From Clostridia bacterium (GTDB taxonomy: Bacteria > Bacillota > Clostridia > Christensenellales > CAG-1252), in assembly GCA_017394805.1 (NCBI GenBank), contig JAFPXC010000011.1:20421-84420 (forward strand): a stretch of 64,000 nt of DNA. The letters run 5' to 3'. The notes below the pieces were generated by a model, which was given only the letters and a program-made list of their open reading frames with translations, was not told where the DNA came from and ran no database searches. This document shows positions 1 to 8,420 of this stretch, piece after piece; position 1 is the stretch's first letter, and every line of letters starts with the position of its first letter. The translations under genes and the position numbers were made by a program.

Positions 1-423
1 CAGAGCGGCGAAACTGTTTAGGATATAAAACTCGATCAAATGATAAAATTGTATTTGCTCGAAGTTTCTTTAACAAAGCAACATCAAAACCTATACAAAC
101 CCCAAACCCGTTGTCACCATACATTCTCCACTGTGACAATGAATCCGAAACTTCAGAAAAACAACAAGCATAAGATAGCGTTTGTCCGATAGTAGGATTA
201 GTTAGTTCTTCAAGTCTAATATTTAGTTTTGATATATCCTCTTGGTTCAAACTACAACGCTGCGACAAATAATCTATTACCATCTGCCCATAATATCTCT
301 TTTCACTCCAATCATTTGTTTTATATAGATTAGATAAACGAATATTATGGTTGTTGATAATCGAAACAAAAGCATCCAAACTACAATAGTGGTATATAAT
401 AGACGGAGTTTGATGGCTACTCA
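1..423 (-). CDS. DUF2971-like protein, C-terminus cut by the window edge
   Basis: Not in the ORF track because it runs off the window. Manual translation from the ATG at 423-421 gives MSSHQTPSIIYHYCSLDAFVSIINNHNIRLSNLYKTNDWSE...SLSQWRMYGDNGFGVCIGF and stays open to position 1. The YHYxSLxAF...RxSxxxxxND and WxxYGD segments match my memory of DUF2971. The start abuts the methyltransferase stop at 424. Confidence 0.55.
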
Positions 424-2364
424 TTATAACACTCTCCTGTCGGTGTTGGGGCTGTAGGTCGCAAAGATTTGGTCGAAATTGGCAAGCACATCGTCGTGTC
501 CCATCGAACTGTCGCGGAAGACGGCATAGAGGGGGTGCATATCGGCGATAGCACGCACTACATCATCGGTGATGTTTGGCTCAAAGCAACACACCAAGTC
601 ATTGCCATCTACACAATAATAGGTAAACGTACGAGGTTGTGCATAGCCACCACCAGCATTATAGATTTTGCTATCATACACGGCGCGGTGTTGAATAGTA
701 CACTCCTTGCGCTCAATCTTGGCGGAGAGGGGTTTGCCGAGGGACAACATCACTTGGAACAACAAGTCCTCATCGGTGCGATCTTCCTTAATGTTGCTTT
801 CCAAGGAGTCCAGCAAAGATTGTTGCGTTTCCACAGGTTTATAATATACATCCTTCATATTGCTGCTATCCACACGCAACACACGGAATCCGATGTCAAG
901 ATTGGATGTAGTCAATGGAGAATCATCTACTATACGTTTACCTGCTCTCCGTATCCTTTCTTCACCTACATCACAAATAGTATGATAACCTACCTTATAT
1001 GCCTCACTTGATTCATCAAATTTTTCGGGAAGTTGAACCATAATAAACTTCCTTTTCCCTCCATCTTCTGCATTCAGTTGCATTACGGCGTGAGCAGTTG
1101 TTGCAGAGCCCGAAAAGAAGTCAAGTATTATATCATCCTGTTTGGTTCCTAAGATACAAAGCATTTTAAGTAACTTAACTGGCTTAGGCGTATCAAAAGG
1201 AGGTTGCTCCAACTCTTGAAAAATCCTGATAATGTCTTTTTTTGCCATATCAGTATGACCATAATCTTCAAAAAGTAGCAAACTTGAAGCTCGACGCCCT
1301 GTTACATCTGATAAAAACTGTTTCACTGCAGGGAAGGCATTACCATCTTTTCCAAAATATATCCTGTTTTCAGCAATTAACTGCTTCATTGTATCAGGCG
1401 CATATACCCAGTGTTTCCCTTTGGGAACATTAAAAACTTTACCTGTAATTGGACTTACAACATCATAATAACCATTTTTGCGCTCACCATTACCAACACA
1501 ATCTCCCGGTTTCCAATTACCTCGAGGATCATTGTCGGGATTCTTATATCTTGCGTTCATTTCAGGTGTACGAGGAAGCATTCCCAATGAGAATACATTT
1601 ATATTTTTGCAATAGCAGAGCACAAATTCATAATCGTTAGAGAAAAACCGAGCTTGATTCTTTGGCGAATAAACCTTTTGCCATCCAAGTTGTGAAATGA
1701 AATTAAACTCTCCAAATATTTCATTGCAAATTTTCTTCAAGTTTTCAATCTCATTTTCATCCATAGAGATAAATATTACCCCATCATCCGCTAACAAATC
1801 TTTGGCAATTCTCAAGCGCGGATAAAGCATGTTAAGCCAATCCGTATGAAAGCGACCATTAGACTCGGTGTTTAGTACCAAACGATTGCCCGCTTCATCA
1901 TATTGTCCACTACGCGAAATATATCCTGCCGTATCCTCTGCAAAGTCATCGGCATACACAAAGTCGTTGCCCGTGTTGTAGGGTGGATCGATGTATATCA
2001 TCTTGATTTTGCCGAGATAGGTTTCTTGTAAGAGTTTCAATACCTCAAGGTTGTCGCCTTCGATATAAAGATTCTCGGTAGTGTCAAAGTTGACGCTACG
2101 CTCCCGCACAGGGCGTAGAGTTGCCGTAGTGGGCGTATTGGCAAGTAGGATAGACTTGCGCTTGTCTGGCCAAGTGAATTGATACCGTTCCTCTTTGTCG
2201 TCTATGAGCATATCACTCATTTCTTGGCGAAGAACATCCCAATCCACCGCCAACACGGGCTTGCCATCACGCAATACCTCGGTCACGGCGTTGGGGAACA
2301 AAGCGCGTATCTTGGCGATATTCGCCTGCACATTATCCATCGAAATCATGTCAATTTTATCCAT
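424..2364 (-). CDS. Beta-class N6-adenine/N4-cytosine DNA methyltransferase (Type III Mod-like)
   Basis: 646 aa. Motif IV IYIDPPYNTG (about aa 124-133) precedes motif I DFFSGSATTAHAV (about aa 416-428), which is the beta-class order. ATG at 2364 with AGGAG upstream. Confidence 0.9.
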   Translation of the reverse strand: MDKIDMISMDNVQANIAKIRALFPNAVTEVLRDGKPVLAVDWDVLRQEMSDMLIDDKEERYQFTWPDKRKSILLANTPTTATLRPVRERSVNFDTTENLYIEGDNLEVLKLLQETYLGKIKMIYIDPPYNTGNDFVYADDFAEDTAGYISRSGQYDEAGNRLVLNTESNGRFHTDWLNMLYPRLRIAKDLLADDGVIFISMDENEIENLKKICNEIFGEFNFISQLGWQKVYSPKNQARFFSNDYEFVLCYCKNINVFSLGMLPRTPEMNARYKNPDNDPRGNWKPGDCVGNGERKNGYYDVVSPITGKVFNVPKGKHWVYAPDTMKQLIAENRIYFGKDGNAFPAVKQFLSDVTGRRASSLLLFEDYGHTDMAKKDIIRIFQELEQPPFDTPKPVKLLKMLCILGTKQDDIILDFFSGSATTAHAVMQLNAEDGGKRKFIMVQLPEKFDESSEAYKVGYHTICDVGEERIRRAGKRIVDDSPLTTSNLDIGFRVLRVDSSNMKDVYYKPVETQQSLLDSLESNIKEDRTDEDLLFQVMLSLGKPLSAKIERKECTIQHRAVYDSKIYNAGGGYAQPRTFTYYCVDGNDLVCCFEPNITDDVVRAIADMHPLYAVFRDSSMGHDDVLANFDQIFATYSPNTDRRVL

Positions 2365-2379
2365 AATAATCTCCTATGG

Positions 2380-3021
2380 TTAGTCGCTGGCATCTGCCAA
2401 AGCAACTTGAAGTTCTTTTAGTTTTGCGTTCAGTTCAAAACGCTTCTTAGCTTGTTTTTCTGCGTCAACAAGGGCTTGCATTTTGGCAATCTCCTTGTGT
2501 AAACGCAGTATAGATTCGTACCTATCGACGAAGTCCTTTGTCGGTTCACCCTCACGGGCGGTGATAGGAATCAACTCGTCAATGATAGCGGTATAAATAT
2601 CGTCAATAGACGCCACCCACGACGGGATAAACACCGATGGAGACTCCGTTTGCCATGAGGTACTATAATACTTGCTACATCTCACGCCCTTTTCAGTACG
2701 CTCTTTGTATGCGCCATAGAGCATAGATTGTCCGGCAATTTGCAACACAAAGACGGTATGCAAATTGATGGCTTTGTCCAATGCCGCTATGAAGGTAGCG
2801 GGGATAGTCTTATCGGCGAGGTCGAGAGCAAATACATAGATTTCTTTGACCTCGCCGACTGTGCGGAAGTTGAGCGTAGCAGGCGACAGTACATTGGTGA
2901 GTGTAACCGACAATACTTGCTTGCCATCGGCTCGCACGCTTTTGTCGGCGTCCATCACCTTATACAGTTCGCTTTGCTTGAACCGTCTATTCACTTCGGT
3001 TTTGCTACTAAACCCCAACAT
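2380..3021 (-). CDS. Hypothetical 213-aa protein between the helicase and the methylase (the position typical of DUF4391)
   Basis: Clean ATG ORF, 1 nt after the helicase stop and 15 nt before the MTase start. I can name no catalytic motif. The DUF4391 label comes from remembered gene context, not from a sequence match. Confidence 0.6.
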   Translation of the reverse strand: MLGFSSKTEVNRRFKQSELYKVMDADKSVRADGKQVLSVTLTNVLSPATLNFRTVGEVKEIYVFALDLADKTIPATFIAALDKAINLHTVFVLQIAGQSMLYGAYKERTEKGVRCSKYYSTSWQTESPSVFIPSWVASIDDIYTAIIDELIPITAREGEPTKDFVDRYESILRLHKEIAKMQALVDAEKQAKKRFELNAKLKELQVALADASD

Positions 3022-3022
3022 A

Positions 3023-6000
3023 CTACTTGATCACCACAAACGAAATCAACTCGAAGTCGTCTAATGCAAACATATTTTGCTGGAATAACACCTTGCTGCC
3101 AACCTTGAATAGCGACTGCAAATCGTTTTCCTCTTTCGCCGCAATGATGCTGGCAATGGCACCATCCAACAACTCGTTGTATTTCTCCATTCTTGCACCA
3201 TCTTTTGTCTCCCGATTGAATCGACGACACAAATCTGCAAGAGGCTCTGCATTGCCTTTGCAAGTAGCGCGTAGCACATCCAACACATACTTGACCTCAA
3301 GATGGTTATAAAGTATGGTGCCATCATCACGGATATACACCAGATAGAAGGGATGCAAGCGGTTTAGCTTGTTGATGTTGATACCATCATTGCGGTTGCA
3401 CAACACAAAAATGGTGCCCGGCTCAATGCCTTTGGACTCGTCGGCAGCGACTACTGCGTGTAGCCCTTTGGTGACACCTTTAGGATCACCAACCTCTTTG
3501 TGATATGCCACCAAGTCCATTACAAAGTCATTCAAACCCAAGTCCGTGATAGAGATATTGCCGTCAACGTCCTCGAGGTCTTGCAGGGTACCCTCTTGCA
3601 ACTTCTTAAGCTGCTCTTTGCGGTAATCCATTTCCTCCGCTTCTTCGGATATGATGTTGTCGTCGGCAGTAGCGGTAGCATTGACGATGGTCATACGAGC
3701 CGACACACGCTTGTTGAGGTTGATGTATTCGTCGAGCGTGATGTCCGGCCAGAAGTTGACCAACTGAATGCTCGTATTGACGCTTCCGATACGGTCAATA
3801 CGACCGAAACGTTGCACAATGCGCACGGGGTTCCAATGGATATCGTAGTTGATACAAATATCGCAGTCTTGCAGGTTTTGACCTTCGGAGATACAATCGG
3901 TACCTATGAGCACATCAATCTCATGTTTTTCGTCGGGATAGATGACCGCTTTTTGCTTGGATATTGGCGAGAAAAGCGTCAACAATCTATCCGTGTTTGG
4001 ACTACCGCCTATGTTGGTGCGGTTGTCGCCACCACCCGATACACGCGCCGTATATATGCCATACTTCGACAGCATATACTCGCTGATGTTTTGATAGAGA
4101 TAATCCGCAGTATCGGCGAAGGCAGAGAAAATCAACACTTTACGGTTGCCTTCATTGAACGGATGCGCCATCTTTTCTTCAATGAGTTGCTTCAATTCGC
4201 AGAGTTTATTATCATCTGCGGGCGTAACACGCAACATTTCGTGATATAGACGATATAGTATATCGGCGTCGTTTTGAATCTCACGGCGCCAAGTGGTAAC
4301 GTCAATGTCCGCCAACTTGATCTCGATAGTCTTGCCGGCAGCTATCTTCTCCAAAGAAAAGTCGTTGTCTTCGTCCGGATCAACGATGGCATATTCGGCA
4401 ACCTCTTTCTTGATGGATGCCGTTGTGTCGCCCGCCAAGAACCTATCAATGGTAGCCAACATCTCTTTATTGATGTCAAGCAATTTTTTGAGCGTGATGC
4501 GGAAGGCGTGAACACTGCTCTCCAAACGTTTCAAGAGCCCAATAGTCATCAACTTCTTCAATCCGCTTTCACGGTGCTTTTGACGCGTCAAGCCTTGTCC
4601 AAGAGCGTTGGCGTTGGGATTCTCTTTAGAAAGATCCACCTCGTACAACTCTTCGTACTCGTCTATACGCGAGGGGAACAGCATCGCCAACGGAGCATAA
4701 ACGCTCATGTTCATCTCCAGCAACAAGTCATAGATTTGTTTATAGGAGAGGATGGCTGGGTTATTCGTCAGCTTGGGGTACTTGGAAACGACAGGCAAAC
4801 GTGTGGGGAATTGCCCAATGTCGGCAGTGCTGTAATACTTCTGAATGTGTTTACGGCTACGTGCGATGGTTACGCTATCCAAGATGATTGAGAAGTCGAT
4901 GTCCAACTTATCAATAAGGTCTTTGGCATGGCGTTCCTCGATAGGCAACTTACTCCAAGCATTGAATACCTTTTGCGCTTGCTGGAAAACAACCTGCACG
5001 TCTTTGTCGGTACCAATCGTTTCGCTCATTTCTTCATAGTTGCCGCAGTATGCCAACAACAACTGATTCTTCAAATCGTTGTAACGGTTGTTGACAGGTG
5101 TGGCAGACAGCATCAAAACCTTTGTCTTAACGCCATCTTGCATGATGCGTTTCATCAAAAAGTCATAGCGCGTGTCCCTATCCTTGCGGGAGGCGTTATT
5201 GTTACGGAAATTGTGACTCTCGTCTATCACCACCAAGTCATAGTTGCCCCAGTTCACGGTAGCAAGGTCTATGCCGCCACTCTTGCCCGAAGTGCGTCCC
5301 AAATCAGTGTGGAATAGCACGTCAAAACGAATACGGTCTTTGTAGAAGATATTAACCTTGGTGTTGCCTTGATACTGCGTCCAGTTCTGCTCCAAGCGCT
5401 TAGGACAAAGCACCAAAATAGACTTGTTGCGCAAGGAATAGTATTGCATGACGGCAAGGGCGGTGAAGGTTTTGCCCAAGCCCACGCTGTCGGCAAGAAT
5501 GCAGCCGTTGTATTTCTCTAGCTTGTTGATGATGCCGACGGCACCATCCTTTTGGAAATTGTACAACTTGTTCCAAATAAGACTGTTCTTGAACCCCGTA
5601 GCCTCGTTGGGCATATAGTCGGAGTCGAGATCTTGCAAAAACTCACGGAAGATGTTGTACAGAATGATGTAGTAAATGAACTCCGGCGAGTTTTCTTTGT
5701 AGCAAGATGAAATGTAATCCACGATGGCAGCAGTGATGTCTTCCACATCATCGTCATTTTGCCAAAGTCGATCGAACTCCGTCAAAAAACTACGGCTATA
5801 ACTAGCGTCGTCGGTCTTAATGATTTGTACCAAGTGGCTACCGTTACTCTCATATCCCAACTCGGCGGTAGTAAAGCCTCCAATAGGCGTATATGTGGTG
5901 CTATGCTCGTGGTTGGTGATATTGACGGAGGTCTGCGTATAGCCCTCGCTCTTGATAGACTTGATTTGCACCTTGTTACGGATCCACTCGGCACATTCAC

Positions 6001-6325
6001 GCGCAATGGCTCTCTGCGTCATTTGGTTGCGCAACCGTATCTCGAAGTCCGTGCCACACAAGGAAGATTCGCTGAACTTAGGGATAAAGAATTCACGCTT
6101 TTCTTTTTTGATATTGTCGGTAATATGAGCATCTACGAAGGTCGGCGTAGTAAAAAGGAAACGCAATTCTTCAATGCCTTCCAACTCTTCACGCAAAGCC
6201 GCGTATGCGTATATGGAAAAACACGATGCCGCTATGCGTACCCTGTCTGCTCCCAGCAACTCCTTTTTGAGGTCGTCGCCCAACAATTTGCTCGTATTAT
6301 TGATGATATCAATCATTGCTTTCAT
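3023..6325 (-). CDS. SNF2-family (SF2) helicase-related protein, 1100 aa
   Basis: Motif I LADSVGLGKTFTALAV, motif II DLVVIDESHNFRN, motif III LMLSATPVNN, motifs V-VI LIGTDCISEGQNLQD...HWNPVRIVQRFGRIDRIGS. The N-terminal ~230 aa and C-terminal ~200 aa are unassigned. The start could be ATG 6325 or ATG 6316. Confidence 0.9.
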   Translation of the reverse strand: MKAMIDIINNTSKLLGDDLKKELLGADRVRIAASCFSIYAYAALREELEGIEELRFLFTTPTFVDAHITDNIKKEKREFFIPKFSESSLCGTDFEIRLRNQMTQRAIARECAEWIRNKVQIKSIKSEGYTQTSVNITNHEHSTTYTPIGGFTTAELGYESNGSHLVQIIKTDDASYSRSFLTEFDRLWQNDDDVEDITAAIVDYISSCYKENSPEFIYYIILYNIFREFLQDLDSDYMPNEATGFKNSLIWNKLYNFQKDGAVGIINKLEKYNGCILADSVGLGKTFTALAVMQYYSLRNKSILVLCPKRLEQNWTQYQGNTKVNIFYKDRIRFDVLFHTDLGRTSGKSGGIDLATVNWGNYDLVVIDESHNFRNNNASRKDRDTRYDFLMKRIMQDGVKTKVLMLSATPVNNRYNDLKNQLLLAYCGNYEEMSETIGTDKDVQVVFQQAQKVFNAWSKLPIEERHAKDLIDKLDIDFSIILDSVTIARSRKHIQKYYSTADIGQFPTRLPVVSKYPKLTNNPAILSYKQIYDLLLEMNMSVYAPLAMLFPSRIDEYEELYEVDLSKENPNANALGQGLTRQKHRESGLKKLMTIGLLKRLESSVHAFRITLKKLLDINKEMLATIDRFLAGDTTASIKKEVAEYAIVDPDEDNDFSLEKIAAGKTIEIKLADIDVTTWRREIQNDADILYRLYHEMLRVTPADDNKLCELKQLIEEKMAHPFNEGNRKVLIFSAFADTADYLYQNISEYMLSKYGIYTARVSGGGDNRTNIGGSPNTDRLLTLFSPISKQKAVIYPDEKHEIDVLIGTDCISEGQNLQDCDICINYDIHWNPVRIVQRFGRIDRIGSVNTSIQLVNFWPDITLDEYINLNKRVSARMTIVNATATADDNIISEEAEEMDYRKEQLKKLQEGTLQDLEDVDGNISITDLGLNDFVMDLVAYHKEVGDPKGVTKGLHAVVAADESKGIEPGTIFVLCNRNDGININKLNRLHPFYLVYIRDDGTILYNHLEVKYVLDVLRATCKGNAEPLADLCRRFNRETKDGARMEKYNELLDGAIASIIAAKEENDLQSLFKVGSKVLFQQNMFALDDFELISFVVIK

Positions 6326-6345
6326 CCTCGTGCGTATGTATTACG

Positions 6346-6374
6346 ATTATATCAAAAATCTTTGATATAGTCAA
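6346..6374 (-). promoter_or_regulatory. Sigma-70-type promoter of the helicase operon with an embedded palindrome
   Basis: The minus strand reads TTGACT (6374-6369), a 17-nt spacer, then TATAAT (6351-6346). The spacer and -10 contain ATATCAAA-N4-TTTGATAT (6349-6368), a perfect 8-bp dyad. Confidence 0.6.
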
Positions 6375-6439
6375 GAGCGCTTGGCAAGCATATATATCAC
6401 CATCAATATCAAAATGAGCGTAATCATAATGCTATCCTC

Positions 6440-6766
6440 TCAACATTGCACTGGCGGGAACATCGCAAAACTACGACCATCGGCAACATTCAACAGCGAC
6501 ACCCAACCTACCACGGGAGTTTGCTCACGCGTCTTGCCATTGATCAATATCGCATGGTTTTCTTCCGTGAAGTACACTGACACGTCTTCGAAGCATTGAC
6601 TCATAGCCAAAGCAAAAACTACCTTCATCTCCGTAAAAGGTTTATCGTCATACGGAGCCTCTGCGACTGTCGCGCACTGCAACCCTTTAGAAATCAAACG
6701 AATCTTTGCGGGCATTTTGTCATCGTCATACCATAAAATATCCATAATAACCTCCTCAATCATCAT
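6440..6766 (-). CDS. Hypothetical protein (108 aa)
   Basis: ORF only. It overlaps the upstream membrane ORF by 11 nt. No recognisable motif. Confidence 0.45.
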   Translation of the reverse strand: MMIEEVIMDILWYDDDKMPAKIRLISKGLQCATVAEAPYDDKPFTEMKVVFALAMSQCFEDVSVYFTEENHAILINGKTREQTPVVGWVSLLNVADGRSFAMFPPVQC

Positions 6767-7109
6767 CTATCATGTCCCAAAAGATAATTTCATCCATTGT
6801 AATTCCATCATCCTTTTGGCTTTGGTCATTAACTCTCTTTTTCTCTTCGGTTTTGCTGTTCTGCGAATGTTGAACTGCGAATGAAAGCATCCATATAAAT
6901 GCAAGGCAATGAGGAATGGCAACGAAGAGCACAGTCCAATGCTTTATAAAGAACATCGCGATCAAAGTTCCGAGCCACAAAACGCTACTAAAAAGCGTTA
7001 CAACAATTTCTGCGGGAGATGCTTTTTTCATTTCTTTGTCCTCCTTCACTATCATTTTAGCCAACACTGATAAGGAGGTCAATGTTGAGATGTCCCAAAA
7101 ATCGCCCAC
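6756..7109 (-). CDS. Hypothetical membrane protein (two hydrophobic helices)
   Basis: ORF with the hydrophobic segments IVVTLFSSVLWLGTLIAMFFI and VLFVAIPHCLAFIWMLSFAV. The start is uncertain because there are several in-frame Met codons. Confidence 0.45.
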   Translation of the reverse strand: MGDFWDISTLTSLSVLAKMIVKEDKEMKKASPAEIVVTLFSSVLWLGTLIAMFFIKHWTVLFVAIPHCLAFIWMLSFAVQHSQNSKTEEKKRVNDQSQKDDGITMDEIIFWDMIDDD

Positions 7110-7151
7110 CTTGCAAAGTTTTTCAAATCTTGTCTAACACTGTCTCACAGC

Positions 7152-7219
7152 GTTAGGCGTGCCTTGTCTTTGAAACAAGCACGCGCGCGACGCGCGCGTG
7201 AAGACAAGGCACGCCTAAC
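7152..7219. repeat. Nested perfect hairpin, candidate double-strand origin or recombination site
   Basis: The outer 19-bp stem is GTTAGGCGTGCCTTGTCTT (7152-7170) with AAGACAAGGCACGCCTAAC (7201-7219). The inner 10-bp GC stem is CACGCGCGCG (7180-7189) with CGCGCGCGTG (7191-7200). No T-run follows on either strand. It lies 140 nt from the Rep stop. Confidence 0.7.
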
Positions 7220-7360
7220 AACGAATCAACCAACGCCCAACCGAACCAATTACGCGCTTTCGACTGTCCGATGTGAGCGGCCGCAGGGGGCTCGCTAAAC
7301 CGCTACGCCACACCTGCTTGAACCGTCTCACACATTTCGGGCATTTCCCGAAAGGCGTCG

Positions 7361-8374
7361 TTAGTTGGATTTACGGAGTTGGGCGCGTGTTTCTTCGCTG
7401 TTTACGCCGACGTACACGCCTTCATCCCAACAGTCAAAATCCTCGAATAGTAGCAGTTTCTTGTCTTCCATTCCTGTCCGCATAATCACGTCTTTGTCCT
7501 CGATGTCGCTCATTACATACATGGGGAGTCCGCGACTGTACACAATCTTCTCTCCCGTCTTTTCGATGTACTTCAAGATATAGTCGATGGTTGAGCCCAG
7601 ATACATCGGGCCCTTCGTCGCCAACATATCAAACTCGTTGCGTCCGTACTTTTCATCGAAGAAGGTATTGTGGGTGTATTCCACCATGCGTCCACTCTTT
7701 TTGTTGTACTCCCGCGTGTCTTGTAGCATCCCTACCATTTGTCCTTCGGGCACATTCAATAGACAGTGAAAGTGCAGTCGTTCGGTCTCGCTTCCGCGTT
7801 CCCATACTCCCATATAAGTCCAGCCTCTCGCCGTATGGAAGTTTTGCAGCGTTCTCATAAGCCGCCACTTGAAAGTTACTTCATCCATCTTGGCGCTGTC
7901 GTATGTGAAGGTCGCAAAGTAATTGAAGTTGTTGAGGTGCGCCTTCCTCATAAACCGCTGTCGCTTGGCATTGAGCGCCTTGTTCTTTTCTTCCAACTTC
8001 TCCGACACATACTCCCACATCTTATTGTAGTGGGGAAACAGTTTCTTCATCTCGCTCAATATGTACTTGCGCCGGCGTTTCGGCGTCAAATCAAAACTCT
8101 CTCGATACAGCCTTTCAAACTCGGCTTTCTTCGTCGTATGGCGCTTGGTAGATTGAGATTCCGTAGAGGTTGTGTCCTCCACCGGCGTCTCCGTCTCGCA
8201 AGCATCGGTCGTTTCACTTTCAGCTTGCGTTGGTGCCGCCGTATGGTCGTCAACCTCTACTATCTCTTCTACCTCGGGGCGCCTATGCTTTGCGCTAGGG
8301 TTAGGTTCGTAAGGGATAGCGATATAATGGACGCCATCACAATACACCTTTGCATTGGGATACCATTTGCTCAT
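7361..8374 (-). CDS. Rolling-circle replication initiator (HUH endonuclease, two-tyrosine type)
   Basis: Motif 1 FATFTYD, motif 2 RLHFHCLLNV (HUH), motif 3 DYILKYIEK (YxxxY, as in phiX174-type Reps). I moved the start to ATG 8374, which has GGAGG 6 nt upstream. The 20 upstream codons in the track ORF have no RBS. Confidence 0.8.
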   Translation of the reverse strand: MSKWYPNAKVYCDGVHYIAIPYEPNPSAKHRRPEVEEIVEVDDHTAAPTQAESETTDACETETPVEDTTSTESQSTKRHTTKKAEFERLYRESFDLTPKRRRKYILSEMKKLFPHYNKMWEYVSEKLEEKNKALNAKRQRFMRKAHLNNFNYFATFTYDSAKMDEVTFKWRLMRTLQNFHTARGWTYMGVWERGSETERLHFHCLLNVPEGQMVGMLQDTREYNKKSGRMVEYTHNTFFDEKYGRNEFDMLATKGPMYLGSTIDYILKYIEKTGEKIVYSRGLPMYVMSDIEDKDVIMRTGMEDKKLLLFEDFDCWDEGVYVGVNSEETRAQLRKSN

Positions 8375-8420
8375 GTTCCACCTCCAAGATAGTTTATCCC
8401 GAGCGCGGATAGAGGCAGGG

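Noticed and set aside
3023-3800. Nuclease domain in the helicase termini (PLD HxK(x)4D or PD-(D/E)xK)
   Set aside because: I scanned the N-terminal 230 aa (encoded at 5636-6325) and the C-terminal 200 aa (encoded near 3023-3620) by eye and found no HxK(x)4D motif and no convincing PD-ExK motif. Absence by eye is weak evidence, so this is listed as something to check rather than as a claim.
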